Shown here: positions 18,663 through 28,411 of the stretch, in pieces | How the letters are laid out: each line of letters starts with the position of its first letter | Position numbering within the stretch: position 1 is the first letter of the stretch | Assembly: GCA_964433755.1 (NCBI GenBank) | Contig: CAYSSR010000002.1 | Span: 212,220-276,219, forward strand | DNA from: an uncultured Anaerolineales bacterium | GTDB taxonomy: Bacteria; Chloroflexota; Anaerolineae; UBA7937; B3-Chlor | Length of the DNA: 64,000 nucleotides | Direction of reading: 5' to 3' | Made by a program: the position numbers and the translations under genes | The notes under the pieces: model-generated | Seen by the model: the letters and a program-made list of their open reading frames with translations, nothing else | Database searches by the model: none | Told to the model about the DNA's origin: nothing

Positions 18663-19190
18663 ATGAACGGTTTCAAGAAGGCATTGTACGGATTGAACCG
18701 CTGGCTATTGTCTTCGGTTGGAGGCAGCCTCCTGGTGTTTCAGATAGTCTTGTGTATGTTCCGCTCCAATCCAGAGGGCATAGCCGCCGTGAGATACGCC
18801 GGATACGCCCTCTGGACGGTCGCCGTGATCTTCGCCACGGTGCCCATCTTCACCCTCAGGCGCAGGGGTGGGGTCCAAGAGGGCCAGAGCTACATGAAGA
18901 CTACGGCTCTGGTCACCACGGGTGTCTACTCCCTGGTTCGACATCCGCAAGGAGGCCTGGCCTGGCTGCTGATGAACCTGGCAGCGATCCTGGTCGGCCA
19001 GACCTGGCCCATCACGCTGCTGGGCTCAATCTCCATGATCCTCGCCTACCTGGACACGCACAAGACCGACCAGTATTGCATCGAGAAGTTCGGCGTGGAG
19101 TACGAAAGGTATATGAGGATCGTACCACGAGTGAACGTACTCTTGGGAGCGATCCGTCTTCTGCGCAGAAGACGCGAGGCGGGTGACTAG
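18663..19190 (+). CDS. ICMT/PEMT family membrane methyltransferase
   Basis: LVTTGVYSLVRHPQ motif; EKFGVEYERYMRIVPR; AGGAGG RBS before ATG 18663. Confidence 0.85.
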   Translation: MNGFKKALYGLNRWLLSSVGGSLLVFQIVLCMFRSNPEGIAAVRYAGYALWTVAVIFATVPIFTLRRRGGVQEGQSYMKTTALVTTGVYSLVRHPQGGLAWLLMNLAAILVGQTWPITLLGSISMILAYLDTHKTDQYCIEKFGVEYERYMRIVPRVNVLLGAIRLLRRRREAGD

Positions 19191-19455
19191 CGATCCGCTG
19201 GCCGGCGATGAGACCTTCTGCCACGGTCTGCTCGCCGGACTCGCGCCTCAACCCGCCCTTCACGAGGGGCCAGTAGCCGCCAGAGGAAGGGTTGCCTGGT
19301 GAGAAGCAGACAACCATCGGCACTTGGGGCTGTCAGGGACGTAGAGAACTCCGACAAGATGAACAGCCCCCGCAGTTGCGGGGGCTGCTGTTACCATACT
19401 TGAAGGGCCGAGTGGCGCAGTCTTCAGCGCCAGTGTCAGCCGTGGGACCGAATGG

Positions 19456-20793
19456 TCATTGCTGCGGGCTACAACAGTATGCCTGGCCAACCACTGGAGA
19501 GTCCATCGCGTCGTATGAGCCCTCGCGATCCAGATCGAGGCCAACCAGGAAACTACCGTTGGGACACCAAGTCACCGGCTGATGGCTGTTGATCGCTGGG
19601 TGTACGTCCACCCAGGAACAGGAACCCCATCCGCTGTACTTGGGGTCACCCAGCGGACAGCAGAACCCCGCTCCAACCCCGGGAGAGTCCATGGCGTCAG
19701 TAGCGATACGATCAAGATCCAGACCGGCCAGGTACTGTCCATCCGAACACCAGGCCACGGCCTGGTGGCTATTGATCCCCGCCTGCTCGACCCCGACCCA
19801 GGAACACTGTCCCCAAGGGCTGAACTGGGCCGCAGACAGCGGACAGCAGAACCCCGCCCCAACCCCGGGAGAGTCCATGGCGTCAGTAGCGATACGATCA
19901 AGATCCAAGCCGGCCAGGAAACTCCCGTTGGAGCACCAAGTCGCCCGTTGGTGACTGTTGATTCCCGCCTGTTCTACGCCCACCCACGAGCATTGACCCC
20001 AGCGTGCTATGAACGGTGTCGCTGTGGGCTGCGCCGGCGGTGGCTGAGTCGCCGTCGGCTGGGCGGGTGGTGGCTGGGTCGCTGTGGCAGCAGGCGGTGG
20101 GCTGGTGGAAGTTGGCTGCGCTGGCGCAGCACCCCCCTCCACGTGCAAAGTCACCGTGCTCACGTAGGGGCCTCCCGGCGCTTCCACGATCAGTTCATAG
20201 GTAGTAGTGCCATCGGGACACTCCTCACGCTCCCCCACGGGCGGCACCTCCTGGCCGTTGATGAAGGCCGGCCAATCGGGAGGGACTACCTCCCAGTGCA
20301 GCATGGCGCACCCACCCTGTGGGATGGCGTCGGGGTCGGCCACGATCATGATGTGTTCTGGCCCGCCCTCGGGCGGCTCCTCAGGAGGCACCTCTTCCGG
20401 CGGGTGCTCCTCCGGAGGGACTTCCTCTGGAGGCGGCTCCTCCCACTGCCCCTCGACCTGGATCATCACCGACTCTCTGATGGACCCGTCCGGCGCTGCC
20501 ACCACCAGTTCGAAGCTCCTCGGCTCCTCCAGGCAGACCTCCTCCTCCCCTTGCGGAGACACCTCCCGCCCGTCCAAGAATACCGGGTAGTCCTCGGCGC
20601 CCATCACTTCCCAGTGGAGCATAACACATCCGCCAGGCGGCACCACCTCCTCGCTCGCCCAGAACGCGATCTCGGGTTCTACCCCCGTAGAGGGCAGCAG
20701 ATCCGACAAGCTGCAGCCAAGGGCAGCACCAAACACCAACAGCGCCACCACCAGTGTGAGTGCCAAGCGTCGCAGAGTCCTGTGTTCTTTCAC
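19456..20793 (-). CDS. Lipoprotein with two small beta domains, Pro/Thr linkers and three Cys-rich C-terminal repeats
   Basis: GTG start after GGAGG; lipobox AALGC; two 'P.GGC.MLHWEV' domains; three ~60-aa repeats W-G-x-C-S-W...W-C-x-x-G-x-x-L-x-GLDLDR...DSP...CC. Confidence 0.85.
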   Translation of the reverse strand: MKEHRTLRRLALTLVVALLVFGAALGCSLSDLLPSTGVEPEIAFWASEEVVPPGGCVMLHWEVMGAEDYPVFLDGREVSPQGEEEVCLEEPRSFELVVAAPDGSIRESVMIQVEGQWEEPPPEEVPPEEHPPEEVPPEEPPEGGPEHIMIVADPDAIPQGGCAMLHWEVVPPDWPAFINGQEVPPVGEREECPDGTTTYELIVEAPGGPYVSTVTLHVEGGAAPAQPTSTSPPPAATATQPPPAQPTATQPPPAQPTATPFIARWGQCSWVGVEQAGINSHQRATWCSNGSFLAGLDLDRIATDAMDSPGVGAGFCCPLSAAQFSPWGQCSWVGVEQAGINSHQAVAWCSDGQYLAGLDLDRIATDAMDSPGVGAGFCCPLGDPKYSGWGSCSWVDVHPAINSHQPVTWCPNGSFLVGLDLDREGSYDAMDSPVVGQAYCCSPQQ

Positions 20794-20970
20794 GAGATCC
20801 TCCCTTCTGCCTAACGCTGCCCACCAAGCCGGGGCAGACACGCCATCGGAACCTTTGGCACAGTGAATCACTGTTTCGCTTCTCTGTCAACTGGGACACA
20901 ATGGCCACATCGTGCCCGCTGTGTGCACCTTGGGCCCTTGTGGTCTTCGCCCATGACCTGCCATGTTGGA

Positions 20971-20999
20971 TTGTGTGACCCGGTCAGTGTAGCTATAAT
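20971..20999 (+). promoter_or_regulatory. Putative sigma70 promoter of the radical SAM-lar gene run
   Basis: TTGTGT-17 bp-TATAAT. Confidence 0.5.
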
Positions 21000-21068
21000 C
21001 GGTACCAGAGCACAGACCGACAAACACGGACAATCCCCAGACTCGGCGCCACCATTCGGTGAGAGGCT

Positions 21069-22427
21069 GTGAAAGGCCGAATTCTCCTTGTTAACCCCTG
21101 GATCTACGATTTCGCTGCCTATTGCGAATGGAGTGAGCCCCTGGGCCTGCTTTCTGTGGCTGCCCTGCTACAGGAGAATGACTACCAGGTTGCCCTGGTG
21201 GACTGCACGGACAGATACCATCCGCGGCTGCCCTCCAGGCCCCGAGACGATGACTACGGCTGCGGCAAGTACCTCAAGACTGTGGTGGACAAGCCGTCGG
21301 TGCTGAGCACCGTCCCTCGTCACTATGGACGCTACGGGCTCCCTCTGGAGGTCTTCCAGGAGGATCTGGAGTCACAGCCTCGCCCGGACGTAGTGATGGT
21401 CACTTCCGGCATGACCTACTGGTATCCCGGTCCCTGCGAGGCCATCAAGAGAATCAGAGCAAACTTCCCTGGGGTGCCCATCGTGCTGGGGGGAACCTAC
21501 GCCACGCTGTGCCGCGACCATGCCATCACGAACTCCGGAGCCGACTACATCGTCAGTGGCGAAGGAGAGATCCAGGCGCTCCGACTGGCGAACGAGCTGA
21601 CCGGCCATGAGTCCGACTACGACCGCTACGAGGGTAACCTCGACGCCTTGCCACTCCCGTTGCACGGGTTGCGACGCAACCAGGGATACGCCGCCATCCA
21701 GACCTCGCGCGGCTGCCCCTTCCACTGTACCTACTGTGCATCCTCCCTGCTCCATCCCGAAGGCTTCAGGCGAAGAGAGCCGCGCCTGGTCGTCGAAGAG
21801 ATGGAATACTGTCGAAGACAGCTAGGAATCCGCGATTTCGCCTTCTACGACGACGCCCTGCTTGTGGACAGCCATCGACACATTCATCCACTCCTCGATC
21901 AACTCCTGGAGCTAGGCCTGGATTGCCGTCTCCACGCGCCGAATGGACTCCATGCCGCCTGCATCGACGAGGACTTGGCTTCCAAGATGCGCGAGGCTGG
22001 TTTCCGAACCATCAGGCTCGGCCTGGAAACCTCCAACCCCGAGGAACAGCAACGTAGTGGGGGCAAGGTCTCCAACGAGAGCTTCCGAGAGGCGGTCCGA
22101 GACCTCAGGGCTGCCGGTTTCGAGCCGGCTGACATCACCGCCTACGTCCTTCTGGGTCTGCCCGGGCAGTCGCTTCGACAGGTGAGAGAAAGCGTTGCTT
22201 TCGCGCACAGTTACGGCGCACGCGTACAGATCACGCTATACTCTCTCATCCCCGGCACCGCAGAGTGGGCCAGAGCCATACGCAAATGGGGCATCGACCC
22301 TCAGACCGACCCCTTGCTACACAACGACTCCATCTATCCATTCCCATGGTGCGAGGCGAGTCTAGAGGAGTTCCGGCAGATCAAGGCCCAAGCGGTCGCC
22401 GGCAACCGTGCACTGGCGTCCGCCTGA
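21069..22427 (+). CDS. B12-binding-domain radical SAM protein
   Basis: N-terminal cobalamin-binding-like region (VPIVLGGTYAT) and RGCPFHCTYC CxxxCxxC. Confidence 0.9.
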   Translation: MKGRILLVNPWIYDFAAYCEWSEPLGLLSVAALLQENDYQVALVDCTDRYHPRLPSRPRDDDYGCGKYLKTVVDKPSVLSTVPRHYGRYGLPLEVFQEDLESQPRPDVVMVTSGMTYWYPGPCEAIKRIRANFPGVPIVLGGTYATLCRDHAITNSGADYIVSGEGEIQALRLANELTGHESDYDRYEGNLDALPLPLHGLRRNQGYAAIQTSRGCPFHCTYCASSLLHPEGFRRREPRLVVEEMEYCRRQLGIRDFAFYDDALLVDSHRHIHPLLDQLLELGLDCRLHAPNGLHAACIDEDLASKMREAGFRTIRLGLETSNPEEQQRSGGKVSNESFREAVRDLRAAGFEPADITAYVLLGLPGQSLRQVRESVAFAHSYGARVQITLYSLIPGTAEWARAIRKWGIDPQTDPLLHNDSIYPFPWCEASLEEFRQIKAQAVAGNRALASA

Positions 22428-22535
22428 GGTCTTGCATCAAGCGGCATGGTTTCCATAACGGCAGATTCTATGTTAGAATAACCTTGGACCCTGGCTCCAC
22501 CTCACGTTGTGAGCCCCCGGTCGGGAGGTTGGTTC

Positions 22536-23441
22536 GTGATCAAGACCGGTAGAAACGACCCCTGCCCCTGCGGCAGCGGGAAGAAATACAAACACTGCTG
22601 CCTCAAGAAGGAAGCAGAGGGCAAGTCCGAAGCCATCGGCAGGGACAGGTCCTGGGACACGATGATGGACAAGCTCCTGGATTTCTCCAGAGAAGCCCGC
22701 TTCCAACAAGAATTCCTGTCGGCCTATGACCTTTTCTGGAACAGGACCTACACCATCGAAGAGATCAACTCCCTGGATCCCATGCAAGCCATGAGCTTCC
22801 TGGACTGGTACGCCCACGACTATCGCACAGCCGTGGATGGTAGGAGGATCGTAGAGATCTTCCTGGACGACGGAGGTTCCGCACTATCCGGCCAGGAGCG
22901 AGAGTTGCTGGAGACACAAGCGCGCGCGTTGATGAGCGCCTTCGAGGTCAGGACGGTGGAGGAGGGCCATACCGTCGACCTTGTCGACGTCTTTCGCGAG
23001 ACAGAAGTCGAGGTGCGGCATACGCCATCGTTGCGAGGAGTACGCGCGGGTCAGCTCTTGTTGGCCCGTCTGGCCACCATGGGTGACCTGCACCGTTTCT
23101 CCTGGATCAGCGCTGTTGTACCCCCTGAAGCAGAGGAGGACTTCAAAGACTACATACGAGAGATGTTCTCGGGGTACCAGGAAGAGCACTTCCAGGCCTC
23201 CTGGGCAGAGTTCCTGCGGGACCGAAGCTACTTCTTCAACCACTTCTTGCTCAAGTTGAGAGGACAACTTCCCGCGCCCACAGTCCTGCTGCCCTTCCAG
23301 CAGACCGAGGAGGGCAAGCCTCGTCCTGCGGTCCTCACCCCTGGCAATGTTGATCCCGAGGAGCGTCCCTCGGTCCTGGTCCCCGGTCAGAAGAGCGGAA
23401 GGCCACCCTCCAAGGTACTGGTGCCTGGCCGGGACGCGTGA
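22536..23441 (+). CDS. SEC-C motif protein
   Basis: N-terminal GRNDPCPCGSGKKYKHCC; GGGAGG RBS before GTG 22536. Confidence 0.88.
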   Translation: MIKTGRNDPCPCGSGKKYKHCCLKKEAEGKSEAIGRDRSWDTMMDKLLDFSREARFQQEFLSAYDLFWNRTYTIEEINSLDPMQAMSFLDWYAHDYRTAVDGRRIVEIFLDDGGSALSGQERELLETQARALMSAFEVRTVEEGHTVDLVDVFRETEVEVRHTPSLRGVRAGQLLLARLATMGDLHRFSWISAVVPPEAEEDFKDYIREMFSGYQEEHFQASWAEFLRDRSYFFNHFLLKLRGQLPAPTVLLPFQQTEEGKPRPAVLTPGNVDPEERPSVLVPGQKSGRPPSKVLVPGRDA

Positions 23442-23477
23442 GCTGCTTTCCATATTCGCAAGAGGCCCGAGCGTGCG

Positions 23478-24110
23478 ATGGGAGATGTGAGCACACTGTA
23501 CCTCGTAGCCTGTGGACAGACCACCTTGGACAGCGAAGGTGTCTTCCAGGGACCCACCAACCACGAGCTGTCTCGCCAGGGCCTCAGCCACGCTAAGCTG
23601 CTCGGCAAGCATTTGAAGGATCACGAGATCGACTCCTTCTACTCCAGTCCTTATGGTGGGGCGTTCACCACGGCTTCCGCAATCGCGGCCGGCCATCGGA
23701 GAGGCGTGGTTAGGTTGAAGAACCTGAGAGAGATGGACTTCGGGCAATGGACCAGCAAGCCGCCGAGCCAACTCGAGGAGTCCGACCCAGAGGGGCTGAT
23801 CGCGTGGCAGTTTACGCCCCACGAATATCGCATGCCGGGTGGTGAGACCCTGGCAGAGGTGCAGACGAGGGTGGTAGGCGCAGTGGAGGACATTGTCACT
23901 GTGGAGGAAGGAAACGGCGTGTGCGTGGTGACCCACACCATTCCTCTCAAGACCGCCATGTGCCAGTTCTTGAACGAGGATCTGTCCATCATCTGGTTCA
24001 CGCCTCGGCAGGAAAGCACCGCCCTGAATATCATCACCTTCCAAGACGACCAGGCCACCGTGACACTGGTCGACAGTCTGGAGCACCTCGCGGAGGACAG
24101 ACCAACGTAG
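23478..24110 (+). CDS. Histidine phosphatase (PGM-like) fold protein, catalytic motif degenerate
   Basis: Family scaffold (FQG...LSxxG...YSSP...LREMDFGQW...GETL...VVTH) but RHG is replaced by ACG. Confidence 0.8.
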   Translation: MGDVSTLYLVACGQTTLDSEGVFQGPTNHELSRQGLSHAKLLGKHLKDHEIDSFYSSPYGGAFTTASAIAAGHRRGVVRLKNLREMDFGQWTSKPPSQLEESDPEGLIAWQFTPHEYRMPGGETLAEVQTRVVGAVEDIVTVEEGNGVCVVTHTIPLKTAMCQFLNEDLSIIWFTPRQESTALNIITFQDDQATVTLVDSLEHLAEDRPT

Positions 24111-24218
24111 CCTGTGACTTGTCCTGTGCCACCTGACTGACCCTCTGCACAGGACCCTTCACGCCCCCGCTTCTACCAACCGCAAGGGCGAGGAGTGCTC
24201 GCAAGAACGTAGAGAGAC

Positions 24219-25073
24219 ATGAGCGACGATCCGGCCGGGTTCACATCAAACGAAGACCGTACCGTGACCGAGAAGCTACACACCCTCAGGCGCCTCCTCT
24301 CTGACCTCGGCAGCGTAGTCGTGGCCTATTCTGGAGGAACCGACAGCACCTTGCTCTTGAAGGTGGCTCACGAGGAGCTAGGCCAGAAGGCCCTGGCTGT
24401 GACCGCCGTGTCTCCCACCTTGACCAGGAAGGAGATCGACGACGCAGCCCGCTGGGCCGCAGAGATGGGTGCTGAGCACCTGTTGATCGAGACTGACGAA
24501 CTGAAGGATCCAGCCTTCGTCGCCAACTCGCCAGACAGATGCTACTACTGCAAGCATCTGCGCTTCGACTCCCTTCTGCAATTGGCCCTGGAGAGGGGCT
24601 TCGCCCATGTGGTGGACGGAACGAACGTCGACGACCAGGGAGACCATAGACCAGGAATGAGGGCTGCGCGCGAGCTGGGTGTACGCAGTCCCCTCCAGGA
24701 GGCGGGCTTCACGAAAGCCGACGTCCGTGCGGCCAGCCGCAGCCTGGGACTGCCGAACTGGAACCAGCCCTCGAACGCTTGCCTGGCGAGTCGCATACCG
24801 TACGGCCTGCCCATCACACGCGAACGTCTGCGGCAGATAGAGGAGGCAGAGCGTCTTTTGCACGAGCTGGGCTTAGGTCAACTGCGAGTCCGTGCCCACG
24901 GCGACGTCGCCCGGATCGAAGTCCAGGCCGAGAATCTCGCCGCTGTGCTGGAGAGGCGCCTCCCGATCCTGGACCATCTCCGCAAGTTGGGCTTCTCGTA
25001 CGTAGCATTGGATCTGGAGGGGTATCGTACCGGCAGTATGAACGAGACGCTGGTGAACACCGATGGTGAATGA
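24219..25073 (+). CDS. larE: LarE sulfur transferase (nickel-pincer cofactor biosynthesis)
   Basis: PP-loop AYSGGTDS, RCYYCK, DGTNVDD.GDHRPG, ACLASRIPYG, HGDVARIE. Confidence 0.92.
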   Translation: MSDDPAGFTSNEDRTVTEKLHTLRRLLSDLGSVVVAYSGGTDSTLLLKVAHEELGQKALAVTAVSPTLTRKEIDDAARWAAEMGAEHLLIETDELKDPAFVANSPDRCYYCKHLRFDSLLQLALERGFAHVVDGTNVDDQGDHRPGMRAARELGVRSPLQEAGFTKADVRAASRSLGLPNWNQPSNACLASRIPYGLPITRERLRQIEEAERLLHELGLGQLRVRAHGDVARIEVQAENLAAVLERRLPILDHLRKLGFSYVALDLEGYRTGSMNETLVNTDGE

Positions 25074-25836
25074 CCGACTGAGACAACTACTGGAAGACGT
25101 CAGAGCAGGCAGGATGGACACCGACGAAGCTATGTCCCGCTTGCAGGACTTGCCCTACCAGGATCTGAGCTACGCCATGCTCGATCATCACCGGGGGTTG
25201 AGAAAGGGCTTTCCCGAGGTCGTATTCTGCCAGGGCAAGACTCCAGTACAAGTCGTGGAGCTGCTCTCGGAACTCTCCCGGCATCACGATCGGGTCATGG
25301 CCACGCGAGCCGACGAGGCGACCTACGAAGCGGTGAGGGCGGCCATGCCGGAGAGTACCTACTACTCACAGGCACGCATTATTCTGGTCCACAAGGGCCA
25401 GCCAGAGCTGAGGCCCACCACCAGCGACGACCAGTACGTCCTGGTGATCAGCGCCGGCACGTCAGACATACCCGTCGCTGAGGAGGCAGCCGTCACCCTG
25501 GAGGCTCTGGGGTGTCCTGTCGAGAGGTTGTACGACGTGGGAGTGGCCGGCATCCATCGCCTCCTGGACAAACGTGAGAGGTTGTTCGGCGCAAAGGTCA
25601 TTATCGCCGTTGCCGGCATGGAGGGGGCGCTCGCCAGCGTGGTCGGCGGCCTCGTTTCCTGCCCTGTTATCGCCGTGCCCACCAGCGTGGGCTACGGGGC
25701 CAGCTTCAACGGTCTGGCTCCCCTCCTCACCATGCTCAACTCCTGTGCGCCGGGCATAGCGGTAGTCAACGTGGACAACGGCTTCGGCGCCGGGTACTTT
25801 GCTTTCAGCATCATGAGTCTGATAGGAGAGAAATGA
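25063..25836 (+). CDS. larB: LarB (PurE-like) nickel-pincer cofactor carboxylase/hydrolase
   Basis: DHHRGLRKGFPEV, AGTSDIPVAEEA, DVGVAGIHRL, AGMEGALASVVGG, PTSVGYGA, MLNSCA. Confidence 0.95.
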   Translation: MVNDRLRQLLEDVRAGRMDTDEAMSRLQDLPYQDLSYAMLDHHRGLRKGFPEVVFCQGKTPVQVVELLSELSRHHDRVMATRADEATYEAVRAAMPESTYYSQARIILVHKGQPELRPTTSDDQYVLVISAGTSDIPVAEEAAVTLEALGCPVERLYDVGVAGIHRLLDKRERLFGAKVIIAVAGMEGALASVVGGLVSCPVIAVPTSVGYGASFNGLAPLLTMLNSCAPGIAVVNVDNGFGAGYFAFSIMSLIGEK

Positions 25837-27017
25837 AGATAGCGTATTTCGACTGTTTCTCGGGTGTTAGTGGAGACATGATCCTCGGAGCACTTATCGA
25901 CTCCGGTCTGGACGTGGAGACACTGTGCCAGCATCTGGCCGGGCTGCATCTTTCCGAGTACGAACTGAAGGCAAGCCGCACACGAAAGGGAGCGATAGAA
26001 GCCACCGACGTGCAGGTGGTGGTCCACAGCGACGTCCATGAGCGCAAGCTTGCCGACATCGAGGGTGTGATCACCGGCAGTGATTTGCCTGAGGATATCA
26101 AACAGGCCAGCGTAGCCATCTTTCGCCGTCTGATCGGGATCGAAGCCACGATCCACGGCGCCGATCCCGAAGACGTGCACCTGCACGAAGTAGGCGCCAC
26201 CGATGCCATCGTGGACGTCGTGGGCTCACTTCTGGGCCTGAAGCTCCTGGGAGTGGAGAAGGTATATGCCTCCAGACTCCCTCTGGGACATGGTTTCGTG
26301 CGATGCTCCCACGGACTGCTGCCGCTGCCAGCTCCAGCTACGGTGGAACTACTCAGAGGGATCCCCGTGGTTCAGCTCGACGTCGAAGGAGAACTGGTTA
26401 CACCTACCGGCGCAGCGATCCTCACGGGCGTGGTCGAAGGATTCGGGCAGTTCCCCGAGATGACAGTAGACACTGTAGGATACGGGGCGGGCAAGAGCGA
26501 TTTCGAGTTCCCCAACCTGCTGAGGGTCTTCGTTGGATCCACCGTCCAAGAGACCGCGAGACCAACCGAGCAGGTGGTGCTCCTGGAAACCAATCTGGAC
26601 GACATGAACCCCGAACTGTTCGATCACATCATGCAGACGCTATTCGAGGCAGGGGCTCTGGACGTCTTCCTCCAGACCTTCCAGGGTAAGAAGAATCGCC
26701 CCGGAGTCCTCCTCTCCGTGCTGTGCCATCCCCACCAGACACAGCATCTCTCGAGGATCATCTTCGCAGAGACGACGACCTTGGGCATCCGCTACAAGAC
26801 CATGGACCGTCTATGCCTGGACCGCGAGTCAGCGCGGGTCGAGACACCACACGGCCAACTGAGGATCAAGGTAGCCAAGCTGGGCGGAGAGGTCGTGAAT
26901 CTGTCCCCCGAATACGAGGACTGCCGCCGCCTGGCCCTGGAGACAGGCAAGCCCCTCAAAGAAGTCTACGCTGCGGCGGAGGCCGCGGCAAAGCAATGGC
27001 GGAACCAGCATGAGTAG
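25833..27017 (+). CDS. larC: LarC nickel insertase, single uninterrupted ORF
   Basis: YFDCFSGVSGDM, HLHEVGATDAIVD, ELVTPTGA, LETNLDD, ETTTLGIR, PEYEDC. Confidence 0.95.
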   Translation: MKIAYFDCFSGVSGDMILGALIDSGLDVETLCQHLAGLHLSEYELKASRTRKGAIEATDVQVVVHSDVHERKLADIEGVITGSDLPEDIKQASVAIFRRLIGIEATIHGADPEDVHLHEVGATDAIVDVVGSLLGLKLLGVEKVYASRLPLGHGFVRCSHGLLPLPAPATVELLRGIPVVQLDVEGELVTPTGAAILTGVVEGFGQFPEMTVDTVGYGAGKSDFEFPNLLRVFVGSTVQETARPTEQVVLLETNLDDMNPELFDHIMQTLFEAGALDVFLQTFQGKKNRPGVLLSVLCHPHQTQHLSRIIFAETTTLGIRYKTMDRLCLDRESARVETPHGQLRIKVAKLGGEVVNLSPEYEDCRRLALETGKPLKEVYAAAEAAAKQWRNQHE

Positions 27018-27068
27018 CGCAACATCCTCTGGTTGTGCGGCCGAACCAAGCCCGACGAGGAAACGCTC

Positions 27069-27719
27069 ATGCGGGTTCTGAAATACGCGCTTCTCCTCCT
27101 GATCGGCGTGGTCCTGACGTGCCTCGTTGGCTTCGCCGTGCTCTGCTTCAAGATCGATTACTGTGGACAACGGGACATGGCCCAGCCCGCAGACGCCATT
27201 GTGGTCCTGGGAGCCAAGGTCCTTCCAGACGGTCAGCCGGGTCCCGACCTGCGAGCGCGTACCCAGCACGCGGTTGACCTGTACCAGGCTGGTCTCGCCC
27301 CCCGCCTCATCTGCGCAGGAGGAGTCCAGGACGATCCAGCGTCGGCCGCCGCTGTCTGTCGCTCCCTGGCCGTGTCGTTGGATACTCCCCCACAAGCTGT
27401 TCTCGTGGCAGATGGCTCTGCCAACACCGAAGAGGACGCCCAGCGCGTGGCCCTGGTCATGAGCCAGTATCAATGGCGGAGTGTGATCCTGGTGAGCCAC
27501 CCCCTGCATCTCTACCGCGCCAAGCTCTTCTTCGAGAAGGAAGGACTCACAGTATATACAAGTCCCACGACCACCAAACTCGACCAGATAGACCTCCCCC
27601 TGCGCGGCTACTATACGTTCAGAGAGGGAGTAGGTGTCCTGTGGCCCTACATCGAAGCTTCCGGCGTACCCAAGGAATGGACTGACGCTCTGCAAGAGTA
27701 CGTCTACGCAGGCCCTTGA
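27069..27719 (+). CDS. YdcF/DUF218 (ElyC/SanA-like) protein
   Basis: N-terminal TM; DAIVVLGA, S.NTEED, LVSHPLHLYRA, RE motif. Confidence 0.88.
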   Translation: MRVLKYALLLLIGVVLTCLVGFAVLCFKIDYCGQRDMAQPADAIVVLGAKVLPDGQPGPDLRARTQHAVDLYQAGLAPRLICAGGVQDDPASAAAVCRSLAVSLDTPPQAVLVADGSANTEEDAQRVALVMSQYQWRSVILVSHPLHLYRAKLFFEKEGLTVYTSPTTTKLDQIDLPLRGYYTFREGVGVLWPYIEASGVPKEWTDALQEYVYAGP

Positions 27720-27895
27720 GCCAAGTGCTGGCAACCCGGTCCGAGCCACGCCGGACCTGGTGCCGTCCGCTCGCAGACGCAAGACATGCGGCAGCTTCGC
27801 CAGCCGCCGCGCCATCCTTTGCCGCCACGTATCAACGGTGATACAATCGCCCCCAAGGAAGAACCCGAGCCGTGACCTGCGATTGAGGCAGAGCC

Positions 27896-28411
27896 GTGCT
27901 TGAAATGCCCCCTGCCATACACGAGATCATCGCCTACACAGACTTGCTCGAGGTACGCGGAGAGGTCACCGCCTGGCCTCCCCGTCGTATTCTCGACGTC
28001 CTCAACGGCGAGCAAACACCCTATCTGACGGTGGAACAGGCGTCGGTCATCCCTCTATCTCAGTGGGGGAAAGGGGAGCCGGTATCTGTCCAGAGCGTTG
28101 TGCTGAACAAAAGCGAGGTCATTCTCTTGTGGCTCGTTCGAGAGACCACGGTACAACCACCGGAGTCTGTAACCGTGCACAAGGTCCCGCGACGAGTGAT
28201 TGTCTATACAGGGCCCTTCGTCGTCCGGGGCAGCATACACGTCCTTCGCGAAGGGACACTAACCCAGGCACTGGACGCGATGAGGGAGGCCTTCATTGCC
28301 GTCACCGACCCCTCAATACTCTGCCTCTCAGCGGAGGGTCTCGCTCTCAAGGGAGGGATAGTCGTGGGCTTGAACAAGGAGCGCTTGATGGCTATGCAGG
28401 TGGGCGAATGA
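27896..28411 (+). CDS. Hypothetical protein (DUF6812-like duplicated beta fold)
   Basis: Two similar halves, each ending in a 'LNK.....' strand; family label from memory and tentative. Confidence 0.6.
   Translation: MLEMPPAIHEIIAYTDLLEVRGEVTAWPPRRILDVLNGEQTPYLTVEQASVIPLSQWGKGEPVSVQSVVLNKSEVILLWLVRETTVQPPESVTVHKVPRRVIVYTGPFVVRGSIHVLREGTLTQALDAMREAFIAVTDPSILCLSAEGLALKGGIVVGLNKERLMAMQVGE

Noticed and set aside
19582-20814. 410-aa plus-strand ORF (and similar long ORFs 22884..24086, 43950..45086, 53053..54081, 3203..3898)
   Set aside because: Antisense or alternate-frame shadows of well-supported genes in GC-rich DNA; no motifs.
28063-28407. N-terminal extension of the 453-aa ORF
   Set aside because: Overlaps the 27896..28411 gene in another frame; the lipobox is far downstream, so the start was moved to 28408 or later.
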